From an uncultured delta proteobacterium (lineage in GTDB: Bacteria; Desulfobacterota; Desulfobacteria; Desulfobacterales; Desulfosalsimonadaceae): a DNA stretch of 64,000 nucleotides. Location: assembly GCA_963826785.1 (NCBI GenBank), contig CAWGYD010000010.1:128001-192000 (forward strand), in the 5' to 3' direction. The position numbers were made by a program, and so were the translations under genes. This document shows, one piece after another, positions 1-11,800 of this stretch. Below the pieces are notes generated by a model. That model did no database searches. It was not told the origin of the DNA and saw nothing but the letters and a program-made list of their open reading frames with translations. Numbering within the stretch: the first letter of the stretch is position 1; each line of letters starts with the position of its first letter.

Positions 1-673
1 TCCCGGCCATGGCCACTGTGGTCTGATAATTTGATTTCTGCCCCTTGTATTTCTGCTTGCTGTTTTCATATTTCTGCTTTTGACGCTCATGCCGGTCCTT
101 CCACGCGGTAAAATAGGCAAGATCGTCCTGATATTTCTTTTCAAGGGCATTTTTCCGGGAAGATCTGTCCGGAATCAAATCCAATTCACTTTTTTCCCGT
201 TTCAAAAATTCGGAAGCTTCTTCGAGCCGCTTCGCTTCCAGTTCAAATCGGGTGTCGGCAAATTCGATTTCCGAATCGACATATTCAAAGGTTTCCTCCG
301 CCCGCTCCACCTGGGTTTCATCACCCCGGATGACGTGGCGGTTCGTGATGATATACCCATCCTGGGAGACAAAAAAGCCGGATCCGATGCCGATTTCCGA
401 GGTGATCTTCACGGCGGAGAGCGATGCTTCCTCGATTTTGTTGCGGGGCGGATATTTTGCATAAAGCATGCGTTTCAGGTCTTTTACGCCCGGCCCCTGC
501 GTCATGCCATCCATGACTTCCATCTTTTGCAAATCATCGGTGGAGGGGGTATCGGTGAAAACCCAGTTTCCGTTTTCATCCTGATATTTATAGATCTCGG
601 CCCCCGCCTCGGGCGCCAGAGCAAAACAGGTCATGCAAAAGAAAATAACGGGCAGCAGGGTATAGCGTGTCAT
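1..673 (-). CDS. Secreted DUF4124-domain / trypsin-like (S1C) serine protease, partial (runs off the window start); absent from the ORF track
   Basis: Manual translation from ATG at 673, which overlaps the TGA of the flavin reductase gene (ATGA): MTRYTLLPVIFFCMTCFALAPEAGA (signal peptide), EIYKYQDENGNWVFTDTP (DUF4124-like), GSGFFVSQDGYIITNRHVI (HtrA/trypsin His motif), then a charged helical segment. Confidence 0.8.
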   Translation of the reverse strand, partial: MTRYTLLPVIFFCMTCFALAPEAGAEIYKYQDENGNWVFTDTPSTDDLQKMEVMDGMTQGPGVKDLKRMLYAKYPPRNKIEEASLSAVKITSEIGIGSGFFVSQDGYIITNRHVIRGDETQVERAEETFEYVDSEIEFADTRFELEAKRLEEASEFLKREKSELDLIPDRSSRKNALEKKYQDDLAYFTAWKDRHERQKQKYENSKQKYKGQKSNYQTTVAMAG

Positions 674-1236
674 GATTTCTTCCCGATGGAAAATGCGTCC
701 CCGATAAATTTGCCGATGCCGTGATATTTGCGTGTTTCCGGGCTGAAAATAACGGGGCGGACCTTCTCAATGTCGGCTTTGCCGTCGCCGGCCAGCATGT
801 CTTCATCGATTTTGACATCCATGATCTCACCTACAAAATGTGTGTGCAGCCCGATCTCGTAATGATGGATCACCCTGCATTCGACGATCATGGGAAACTC
901 CTTCACATACGGGGCGTCCACCAGTTCGGAACGCTCCGGGGTCAATCCGGTGTCTGCGAATTTATCCGTATTTTTCCCCGATGCCATACCAAAATAATCG
1001 GCGGCTTTGGCATGTTCTTCAGACGGCACACTGATGGTATACGCCTGCCGCTCCATGATATTGCCATAGGTGTAGGTGGCCTTGCGCAGGGAGACGGTCA
1101 TGCAGGGCGGCTGGGAGCAGCATATTCCGCCCCAGGCAATGGTGGCCGCGTTCGGCTTTCCGTCCTTGTCATAGGAGCCGACACACCACACCGGCGCCGG
1201 AAAAATCAAAGTTTTTGCTCCAAGTGACTTTTTCAT
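670..1236 (-). CDS. Flavin reductase family protein (flavoredoxin-like)
   Basis: PAPVWCVGSYD-GKPNAATIAWGG, ASGKNTDKF, APYVKEFPMIVECRV, HTHFVGEI motifs; AAGGAG RBS upstream. Confidence 0.9.
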   Translation of the reverse strand: MKKSLGAKTLIFPAPVWCVGSYDKDGKPNAATIAWGGICCSQPPCMTVSLRKATYTYGNIMERQAYTISVPSEEHAKAADYFGMASGKNTDKFADTGLTPERSELVDAPYVKEFPMIVECRVIHHYEIGLHTHFVGEIMDVKIDEDMLAGDGKADIEKVRPVIFSPETRKYHGIGKFIGDAFSIGKKS

Positions 1237-1509
1237 GAATAAGCTCCTTTTGGTTTCGAATTTACAAACAGATCAATCGGATCAAGATGGGCGATGAAGA
1301 ATAGACGATTAAGCACATCAAATCATGCATATGATAATGTCCTTTTCTCCCCCCATCCAGAAAAAAGCTGAAGCATCCAAAATTTGAAGTATTCCGGAAC
1401 ACAAGAGCGGATGTAAATGCAGATCGATTTTAGCGGGTGTCGTATTTAATGTCAAATTCAGGAAGAGGAGAAAGAATATGCCAGGCAGGGAATATAGATT
1501 GATCCTTTA

Positions 1510-1539
1510 TTGCACTGCGCCCTTATCCGGTGATATACT
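1510..1539 (+). promoter_or_regulatory. Putative sigma70 promoter of the ydbH-like/CHAT operon
   Basis: TTGCAC-N18-TATACT with extended -10 TG, about 15 nt before the first ATG. Confidence 0.5.
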
Positions 1540-1553
1540 CCCCTTCTCTTTAG

Positions 1554-4500
1554 ATGATGATTGAAAAATCGGAGATCCACCCGAAGATGGTCGGCAAAGT
1601 CCTGTTTTCCAGATTATTTCCATTGATGCGCAAGGTCTTCGCAATTGCCTTCCTTCTGGTTTTATTCCTTGTTTTCCTGACGGGCGGTTTGCTCTTTTTC
1701 CTGCCGACCCTGGTGGATTCCGATCTGGCGAGGCAAAGTCTGGAAGCCACCCTGTCCGGTCAGCTTCGGCAGAAGGTGGAGATCAGGCGGATCTCTTTTG
1801 ACTGGCAGGACGGTATCATGCTGGATGGGTGCAGGGTGACTGCGCCTGGAGATACATCCGCGCAGCCCATTGCCCGGGTGCAATCGGTTCATCTGGCGCC
1901 GCACTGGGCGGGACTTCTCAAGCGCCGCCTCCGATTCGAATTTTCTTTAAACGGCCTCGATCTGCACCTGGTGAAGGATAAAACCGGCAGGATAACTTTT
2001 CTTCCGCATTCGGCTGCCGCTTCATCTCATAAGCCGAAGAAAATGGATGCAGAAAAGACGGCCGAACAGACCAATACAAAAGCGCCTTTACAACTCCCCC
2101 TGGATGTGGTTGCCGGCATTCGGATCCAAAATATTTCGATTTGCTTTGACGATCAGGCGGCAGGCCGCACCTACAATATAAAAGGCGGCGGCATCCGTCT
2201 GGAGACAGCTTCCCTGAAGACCCGGCCGGTCAGAATGGACATTCATGCCGGTATCACCATCGACGACGGGAATCCTGAAAAGATTGACGTAAACGCGGTG
2301 GTCTCAAACCTGTTTCAATCCGACGGCACCTTAGCCATCGGCGGAATATCGGCGCAGTTGCATGCCGACATTCCGGGAATCAAGGCTGTGCTTTCGGGTG
2401 ATGCGGCGGCATCCGGATTGACGGGGGATATCCAAATCGATCTGCCCCGGGTGCTTGCCGCAGTCGCGCCTTTCATGCCGGACGGGTTTAAGGATACGGT
2501 ACTCGGGGGAAACATTGCCATCACGGCCAGGGCATCCAGGTCAAAGGACAACACCCTTGTGGTGGATGGCAAAATCAACGGCAGCAGCATCAAGGCCGCC
2601 GGGCCGATTCTGCAGAACCGGTCCATCGGCCCGGCGGACCTGAGCCTTGCCATCCAGGCACAGGCCGACCCGGATGCGGGCATTTACCAATTTGACAATA
2701 TAGAGCTCAGGCTGCAGCAGAAAACCTTTTTGAAAGCCGGCGGGTCCGTTCATCAATCGGCCGGAAAAGAGCCGGCAATCGACTTCACTCTTTCTTCTGC
2801 CCGCATCGATTTAAACGAAGTCCTGGCGCTGGCGCACGATTTTCTCCCGGATCAGCCCACTTGGGCAGCCGCTCCCGACCGGCCCGCCTTTCTTTCGGTC
2901 GATCGGATCAAAGCCGTCCGTTCGGCATCGGGCGATGCCCGGATTGAGCTTGCGGGATTGAACCTTTGCCCCCCGGATATGATGTTGTCCGGCAACGGCG
3001 GTTTAGTGCATGTCGGGCAACCGGAGATCCGCATTAATGATTTAAGCGCCGATTTTTCCGAGAATTTTCCCGTTGCCGCCAAGTTTTCCGGCAGCCTGTC
3101 CGTAAAAGACGTCAAGGTGGAAAACGGCGGGGATATCATCGAAGTTTCCGGCATTCACATAGATCAACTGGGTATCAACGCCGATCAGATCCGAAGAGCA
3201 GAAGCCGCCAAACCGGGATTTTGCGCCCGCTTTGATGCCCGCCAGGCGCTTTTAATCGACCGCATTACCGTGTCCGACCGGGTTCGCATCCAAGGCCTTG
3301 CCCAGGATGCCGCGCTTACCGCTATCCTTTTTCCCGACGGCGCCCTGCAAAGCAGTCTGGAGCACCTGGCCATCCGTTTGAACGATCTTTCTCTTGACGA
3401 TCCCAGATGGGGAACCATCTCCACAGGTGCGGCACTGGACGCGCATGTATCCCAAGTAAGCCGGACAAATGCCGGGACAATCGATGCGGCCGGTGTGTCC
3501 GTGGATCTGGCGCTGCCGGATTTAGTGGAACTGGCTGTGGGCCTTGAGGCCCGGGACTCGGGCAAAAAAGCCATCACCGCGTCCGCCGACCTGTCCCTCC
3601 ACCTGGACAAATTCCTGTCTTTGCTCCCGGAGCCGCTGCGCGCCCAAATTTCAGGCGGCGGCACCTTGACCGTTGCCATAGACGCCAGCGGCCGCCTGCC
3701 GGATGCAGACGAGATAGCCCGGCTGGCAAAGCTCAACATGGAAAATCACCTTCCCTTTGTTACCCGGGTGGCCGCTCAAATCGCTCTTGCCGATGCCCGC
3801 GTGTCGATCAAAACGGATGTGGACCATCCAGTCGACATCCGCAGCATTATCGGAAATCCCGTTTTCGCATACGCCTATGACGGAAACACCGGCCGCGGCG
3901 AATTTAACAGCCGCATCCAAATCAGCGGCATCCATGCCGAACCGGCTCTCATACCCGAATCGGCCCGGTGCGACCTTGTGATCTCCGGCAGCCATCTTGA
4001 TGTAAATACCATTGAATTGTCCCAGGAACTCATCCATCGATCCCTATCAGGCCCGGCAGCGGCTTTCCATTACCGCAGACGGCCTGGCCCGGCTGATTGC
4101 CGCCCAAGGATGGGCAGACCCGGTGATGCTGTTGGAAAATCTCGGCGGCCGCGTGGCAATAGACATGAGCGTGCCGGATGCCGCAGCAGGAAAGGCGCCG
4201 GGCGCCAACATTTCTGGAAACGGGAGCATTTCAACGGCAATGGATATCCGGCTGGTGCCCGGCCGGAGCCTTTCGGGCAGCGTCGATCTGGAAATGGCCG
4301 ATTTCGGAATGTCCGCACCGGAGCGGTTTTCCCTCTCCTGTCTCACGGGCGCCCTGCACCTGGGCAAATCCTGGCGGATTGATCAATATTCGGGCGGTCT
4401 CACGGACGTGCCGACCGTCTGGTTATCCCGGAATCTGATGGCGCCGCTGTCATTTCCCGACCGGTCTGCCGGTTTCGGCGCAGAAACCCGCATGTTTCCA

Positions 4501-5214
4501 AGCGCCAGTCAACCGCCGGATATCACCATGGCATCCTTCGATCTGGCCCATTTGCCGATTCCCGTCAATATGGGGCAGTCGCGCCTGTCAGTTTCGCTGA
4601 CCGGCGGATTTCCGGAAGTCGAGTTTGCCCTTGATCTGCTAAACGGCACCATCACTGGATCGGCAGGTCTGATCCGGGAGCAGGACCAATATTATCTGCG
4701 TGTGCGCACCGCATTTTCCGGCATCGATTCAGCGGTTCTTATTTCCGATGCCGCCGCCCGGACCGGCGGTGAGACCGAAATCAACGGTGCCCTGTCCGCC
4801 CGCATTCCCGTAACCGGGTCGATGCGGACGCTGCTGGAAAATGCCCGGGTTCAGCTCTATTTTTCCCGGATCGGCAGCCGGGCGCTCGAGCGGATCCTCT
4901 ATGCCCTCGACCCTTATGAAAGCAATGAAGCCATCATGTCCCAGCGCCGGCTGCTGCGCACCGGTTCGCCGAAAGAGATCCGCCTGGGCGTCGAAAACGG
5001 ATTCTTATCCCTTGACGGATCGGTGGCGGCCGGATCGATCACCATCGACATTCCCAGGCTCCAGCGGCTCAATGTCGCCGAAATCCCGGGCATCAAAAAA
5101 TTTGAGCCTTCGCTTGCCGGCCTGGGAAACATCATCTCGATGCTCGATATCCTGACCGCCCAAACCCTTCTCACCGACCCGGCAAACCACCGGATCCGGT
5201 TCAGATCACCATGA
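1554..5214 (+). CDS. AsmA/YdbH-like intermembrane bridge protein (~1,219 aa), split by an apparent +1 frameshift near 4030
   Basis: N-terminal TM anchor with AsmA-like start (ARQSLEATLSGQLRQKVEIRRISFDW), long alternating beta-strand pattern, directly followed by DUF1318. ORFs 1554-4382 and 4012-5214 join as QEL/SIDPYQ if one base is removed. Confidence 0.65.
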
Positions 5215-5224
5215 GGATAGCGCC

Positions 5225-5809
5225 ATGAAACATATTGCCGTTTTGGCCATGATCATCCTGGCTTCAGGGTGCACCCTGGCTCGGGTGAATGTGGAAATGC
5301 TCAGCGAACGCACCGCCCTCGAAAACCAGGTCCTGGGCTCATACAATTCGCTCGATTCGCAAATGCTGCTGACCGCATCCGTGCGGGGTGTGGATGCAGA
5401 AGGACAAATCTCCGCGCCCCCCCGGCAGAGCCGGGAATTTGCCGATTCCATTTCTGCCATGCAGGCCCTGGATTTTCATGCGGATGACCTGGAGGCCTTC
5501 AAGCGACTGGGATGGGCCGGGGAGAACCGCCAGGGGCTGATCGAACCTTTCGGCATCACCAAAGATGCCCCCCCGCCGGAGCTGAAGGATTTTGCCCAGC
5601 GCTATTCAGCGAAGGAATTCGAATTTGTGGTCTCCCGGATCAATGCGGCGCGGAAAGTATTGATGCAGCAGGTGATCTATATGAACGAAAACCTGTCCGA
5701 ATCGGACCTGCCCGAGGTGGGCCGGATATTTGCCGGAATGTATGCGGAAAAAGCCGCTCCCGGTGAGAAAATCCAGAATACCTCCGGAGCGTGGGAGATC
5801 AAGAAATGA
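5225..5809 (+). CDS. YdbL/DUF1318 family lipoprotein
   Basis: Lipobox LASGC; GWAGENRQGLI, INAARK and PGEKIQNTSGAW match the YdbL pattern; GAGGA RBS. Confidence 0.8.
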   Translation: MKHIAVLAMIILASGCTLARVNVEMLSERTALENQVLGSYNSLDSQMLLTASVRGVDAEGQISAPPRQSREFADSISAMQALDFHADDLEAFKRLGWAGENRQGLIEPFGITKDAPPPELKDFAQRYSAKEFEFVVSRINAARKVLMQQVIYMNENLSESDLPEVGRIFAGMYAEKAAPGEKIQNTSGAWEIKK

Positions 5810-8800
5810 GACCATCATCTCTTGATCATGCCGCGCATTCACCCGGCGGTGAAGCACCCTTTCTTGATTTCCCGTACAAGCGGGGATTGAAGGGGATGTT
5901 CTGCTGGCTGGCGATTTTCTGCACACTCCTGCCATGGACTGCAATCGCAAGCGGTTACAAAGATTTCGTTTCCATGCCCGTCCAGGTGACGGCCAGCAGT
6001 GATCCGGTTTCCCATTTTGCGGTCTCCTCCGACGGAAAAAAAATAGTCTACATCACCCAAAACGCTGCGGGCGCAAGCCTGTGGGTCGGCTCGGCAGACC
6101 CTGCGGTAATTGCCCTTCCCCGGCTGCTGGTCTCCGACCCATCCCTGAAATCCGATCCCGCCGTATCCGCCGACGGCCGGTTTGCCGCCTACTCTGGGAC
6201 GATAAACGATGTGAAGGGCGATATTTTCCTGATCGATCTTTCCGCCCCGGTCGCAGAAGCGCTTCGCCTGACCGGCCGGGACACCCGGGACGGCGGCCCC
6301 TGTTTTTCGCCGGACGGCGAAAAACTCTACTTTCACCAGGCAGGTCCGGGCCCGGTGTTTCACCTCTTCAGCATCGACCTTGAAAACCCCAAGGCCCCGC
6401 CTGTTCCCATCGACACGGATGGAGACGCACAATTTCCCGCTGTATCGCCGGACGGGACCCGGCTGGCGTTTGTCTCCTTCCGCAGCCATCCGTCGGGCGA
6501 CCTGTTCGTTTCCGATCTGGCGCAAAAAAGCATCACGCAGGTCACCCGGGGGCCGGCCATCGATATGGCGCCCCAGTGGTCCACGGATGGAAAATCCATC
6601 TACTTTGCCCAAATCGCGCAGGATACCGATCATGACGGGCGGATCACCCGAAACGATATCCCGGTTATCTGCCGCGTGTATCCGGATGCAAAAGCCCTTA
6701 CCCCGTCACCCCTGACGCCGCTGGATACGATCGCTTTTTCGCCCCGGATCACCGAAGACCGGTTATATTTTCTATTCAACCGCGCGGGTATCCTGAACTG
6801 CTGGGCCACACTGCCGGACGGGTGGATCAAATCCCTGGACACCGCCGGCGCGCAGGTGGATCTGGCCGGGCGGGTTTCCGGACGCGTGCCGGAAAATCCC
6901 TATTTGTCTTTGCTGGCCTGGCACCGGGTGCTGGAATTGTTCCCGGCAAATCAACGGGAAAATGCGGCAGCCGCCTACCGGATCGGAACGCTCTATCAGA
7001 AACTGAACCTGCCGGATGCCGCGGCACAGGCGTATAACCTGATAACAGACGATTACCGGGATATTTCGCCCCAGGCAGGGCAGGCGAAAATTCAGCAGAT
7101 AGTGCTTTCTTTTCAATCCCAGATGGCCCGCCAGACGGATCAAAGCTCCCGGACCGCATCGATGGATGAGGCGATCGCTTCCCTCTCCGCTATGGAGAAA
7201 AGCCGGGAAACGCAAGTCCGCATCGAGGCGGGCATCGAAAAGGCGGCCCTTCTGATTTCAGCCACAAACGCCCCGGAGCGTATGGTTCATTGCATATCCG
7301 GGCTGGATGAGATCCTCACCGACCCGGATGCGGACCCTTCCCACAAAGCCCATGCATTGTACCTGAAGGCCAACGCCTATGAGACCCTCAAAATTACCAA
7401 ATCAGCAGCCGATACTTACCGGAAACTGATCGTAGAATATCCGGATCAAAACGCGTGGGCCGATTTCGCGGTGGACCGCTATCTTGATGGTCTCCAGGCT
7501 GCGCAGCCCCGGCAGCCAATTGCAGACAGGATCCGGCGGCTGCAGCAGATTGCCGCAAAAAACCAGACCGATGCCCCCCTGCTGGCCATGGGGGCCTTAA
7601 ACCGGATCGGGGACCTGTATGCGGCCCAGGAAAAACTCGAGCAGGCCGGGTCCGCTTACCGCCAGGTGCTGGACACCTATCCGGCGAACACGCCGAGGAC
7701 CGCCGCGGCGCGGCTGGCCCTGGCCGAGATATATTACCGGCAGGAGCAATTCCGCAAGGCCCTTGATCTCTACGAAACCGAAATCAGCCGCCGGCCCGAG
7801 GAAGACCGGATTTATCAGCTGGCCCGGCAGGCCTACATCCGGAAAAAAAGCGGTGCCGGTGAATACCATTTCCGGCTCGGAGAAGTGCCTACGGCCCGCA
7901 GCCTGTTTGCCGAACTCATGGATTATGACGACCGGATCGTGGAGGCCCACCGGGGGTACATCAAGTGCGCGGCAGCCGAGGGCGACCTGCAGGCGGTGAT
8001 CGAATCATACCGCAAGCGGCTTTTGGCCTCACCGGATGACCCGGTGCTGCTCTATGCCACCGGCCTTTCACTGACCTACCTGGAGTCGGAGACATCTCTG
8101 GAACAAGCCCAGGACATGATCCTTTCGGCCATTGCCTTCAACGGCCGGGTTCAATACTTTTACCAGACCCTGGGCTACATCCATGAGGTCATGGAAACGG
8201 TCTATAAAAAGCCCCGCCGGCTGGAACTGGCCCTGGATGCCTACCAGAAAGCCTATTTTCTTAATGATTCCGCCGGCAACCCGGAAAATGCGGCCAACCT
8301 GGAACTGAATCTGGGCAACGTCTTTTACCTGCTGAAGCAGTACGGCAAGGCACTGGATTATTTCAGCCGAAGGGAGCAGCGGAAGATGGCCTTTGATCCG
8401 CCTTCTTCGGGGATCATCTTTTACAAACGCCTGGGCGAATGCGCATTTCAGCAAAATGACACCGAGCGTGCAGCCGCCGCTTTCCATAAATGCCTGGCCG
8501 ACATCGACCGCAGCATGGATCCTGTAGAGGCATCCCACGCCTTTGACCGGCTCCACGGGTTCATCCGGAACCGGATCGCCGCCCCGGGGGCCAAGCTGGC
8601 CCAGATTGAAAAATCAGCCGATCAGCTCCTTTCCGATCAGGCCGATATCAGCCGGGAGGTGGCGGCCCTGACCCGCGATGCGGCTGCTCCCCCTTCCGCG
8701 AAATGGCAGCGCTATCATGATGGCATGCAGGCCCTGCTGATCCGGCAGAAGGCCTTAAATGAAACGGCCGCAAAATTGGGCGAACGCATGAATACCCTCG

Positions 8801-11800
8801 CTGACGCCAAAGCCGCCTCGGCACGGGTGGAAAATCCCCGGCGGGTTCTTTCGGCCATGACCGGCCAGATTGAACAGGTTCTTGATTTTCCGGAGCGCCT
8901 GGTGCAGATGCGGATCGAAACCCTTGACCGGCTGGGGCTCGCCCGGCAGGAGTCCGGGCAATGGGAAGCGGCGGCTGAAGTATTTGAACAGGCATTTGCC
9001 CTCAACCAGCAGACGGGGAATCTGGCCAATCTTGCGAAAAACCGCCGGTCCGCCGCCTACAACACCTATATGCTGGCCCGGACCGCCACGGGAAAGCACC
9101 GGATCGATCTGCTTACACAATCGGCAGGCCAGTTCGGCCAGGTTCCTGAACTGGTGGATCAGTACGGCGTTGCCGCGCCCAAAGACGAGAATTCCGAATT
9201 TGCCCTGGTGAATTTATCCGTGCAGACGTCTTTGGATGCCGCCGCTTCCACCCGGGCGGCCCGGGGGTTTACCAAGGACCAGGAAATCCGGCTTGCAAAA
9301 ACCTTCCTCTCCCGGATTGCCACGGAACTGGGACATTTTGATCAGGCCGCAAAACTGCTTGAAGAACAGCTGGCCGATTACCCGGCCGGCAAGCCGGTGG
9401 CCGCTTCCGACCAGTACGGCGTATCCCTGCTCCATCACCGGGCCGGTCTGCTCGCTTATGCCCGGGGCGATTTTAAAGACGCATTTTGGCGTTTCGAGTC
9501 GTCGGCCCAATTTACTCTGCAGATGAAAAACCCGGTAAGCGCCATGGTCAATCTCAAGAACATGGCGGCCCTGCTGTCAGATTTTCCGGGACCGGCCCAA
9601 GGTCCTGTAAACGATGGATCCGCTTTTTCCCGGTTTTGTGCGCTGGACCGACAGGTGCGCGATCTTCTTAAAACATATCCCCCCCCGGACCAGAACGATG
9701 CGATGATTACCTGGCATCTGGCCATGGGGGTCTGCTATGCCAAACAGGGGCGCCGGGCCGGCCCGGAAGCAAAAGACAGCGTCTATGCGCTCGATGCTCT
9801 GATGACCGCCCAGTCCCATTTTCAACACGGCCTGTCGCTGATCCCGCCGGATGGACGGCAAAAAACCCGGGGCGCCGCCAAACAGGAAGCCATGCTGCAT
9901 TTGGACATGGCCTGTGTCGCCGAGATCCTGGGCGATATCGATCGCGGCACGATCCCATCGGGAAAAAGCCCTGTCCTTATGCGAGCAGGGCATGTTCCCC
10001 GGCCTGAAGTGGCGGGCCCTGGCCGGTCTGGGCCGGCTCGATGAAGCCCTGGCCGCGCTTGAAACCGTCACCTTTAATGGATGCGGCATGCGTCCCCTTT
10101 GAAATCATGCATTCCTTTGCCCCCTTAGTCCTTGCCCATTCCCGGGCCGGACGGGTCGAAGAAGCGTTTAACCTGGCCGAACGCCTGTCCGAACTGGAGC
10201 GGTTCAACCGGATGGCCGAATTTGTCCGGCCAAATGATTCGGAAAGCCAATTTTACAGACAGGTATTTTACCGCCTTGAACGGATAGATGAATTACAAGC
10301 CCGCGCGCAAACCGCCAATGCGGCGGAAAAGGTATTTATTGCCGAAAGAATCGCCCAGGAAAAGTCATTGATGGAAAGCGATTTTGGCCCGGATGCCGAA
10401 AACCTCCCCCGGATCCTGCGGCTGATCTCCGGTCCCGACGCACGCAAGCAGATGATGCACCTCTGCGGCCTTTCCCTGGAGATCGAAACGGCTGCCGGGG
10501 CCATATGGGAAAACCCGTCCTCACCTGAATCGCGCAGCCGCTATGATCAGCTGGTTTCCAAATACCACGAAAGCGCCCGAAAGGCGGCCGGTCGGGGAGA
10601 GGATACCGGACCCGCAGACGTATTTGCCCTGATGGCGCCAAAACCCGCCGAGTTGATGGATGTCCAGTCGGTTCTGGATCCATCCGGTGATACCGTGCTG
10701 ATCCGCCTGGTGAGCCTGGGAATCAAGGCCCCGGCCTTTTTACTGTTTAGCGTGACCCCCGACGGCATTTCCGTTGTTGAAACCGCCGATCCGGTGGATG
10801 CCATTTCTCGCCAGGCCGATAAAATCGCCTACATCGCCTATGAACGCCCGGAAGCGCTGACCGCCTTGCCCATGCATCCCTTTGCCCTGAGCGCCACCCA
10901 TCTGGTTCGATGCATCGAAAACAAAAAACCGTTCAAGCAGAATCTGCTGGCCATCTCCCCTGCCCCCGGCATGCAGGATCTGGCAGAGATTTACCGGCTG
11001 CGCAGCATGTCCGAATTTCCCGCCATTGCCGATGAATCGTTTTTAAATACCCTGTCAGACACCCAGACACTGGCGGCCGCAGGCCCCCTCCGGTACGCCG
11101 CCACCGTTCCCACCGAACCGGACAGCCGACCTCGGCCCGTCCTTTCCCTTTCCCCGGATTATGCCTCCATATTTCCCGCAGAGCAGCTGATCGCAAACAC
11201 GCCCGGACTTTCCCTGGCCCTTCTGACCGATGCCCCGGTTTTAGATCCCTATATCGCCGGCCATTTCTTTTCCATCTTCGGCTGCTCCCAGCTGATCCTG
11301 ACCCGACCCGATGAAAGCACGGATAACTGGGTGCTCGATTTTTTAGACGCCTATCCGGATCTTCCCGCCTATGATGCGCTCAAAAACAGCTTGAAAGCGG
11401 CGGGAAAAGTAGATCATCCCACCGGGGTGATGTATCTCGGCTACCGGGGGATGGACAAAAAAGCAGCCACGGAAATGGCCCGGCAGCAATTTGCCCGATA
11501 CGTCAAAGCCGGGCGGAGCGCCTATGATGCCGGGGACGCGCGAAGGGCCCTGCCCCTGTTCGAAAATGCGGTTTCAGTCGCCCGGGAAGTCAAGGCATAC
11601 GCCACGTATCTGGGGGCACTGTACCGATTCTGCCGGGAAAGCGCCTACCAATCCGGCGACCTTGAAAAGGCCTTGAATTATGCACAACTGCTGGCCGACC
11701 AGATGGCGGCCGAACAGCCCGACACCAAGGCCCATGCAGAGGCGCTCCTGCGGCTGGGCCTTCTGCAGGCCCGGATGGAAAATTATCAACAGGCCGTGCC

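Noticed and set aside
80..724. 214-aa plus-strand ORF
   Set aside because: It is the antisense shadow of the minus-strand DUF4124-trypsin gene.
4020..10075. Programmed ribosomal frameshifting in the ydbH-like and CHAT genes
   Set aside because: No slippery sequence at the junctions, and similar indels occur in unrelated genes.
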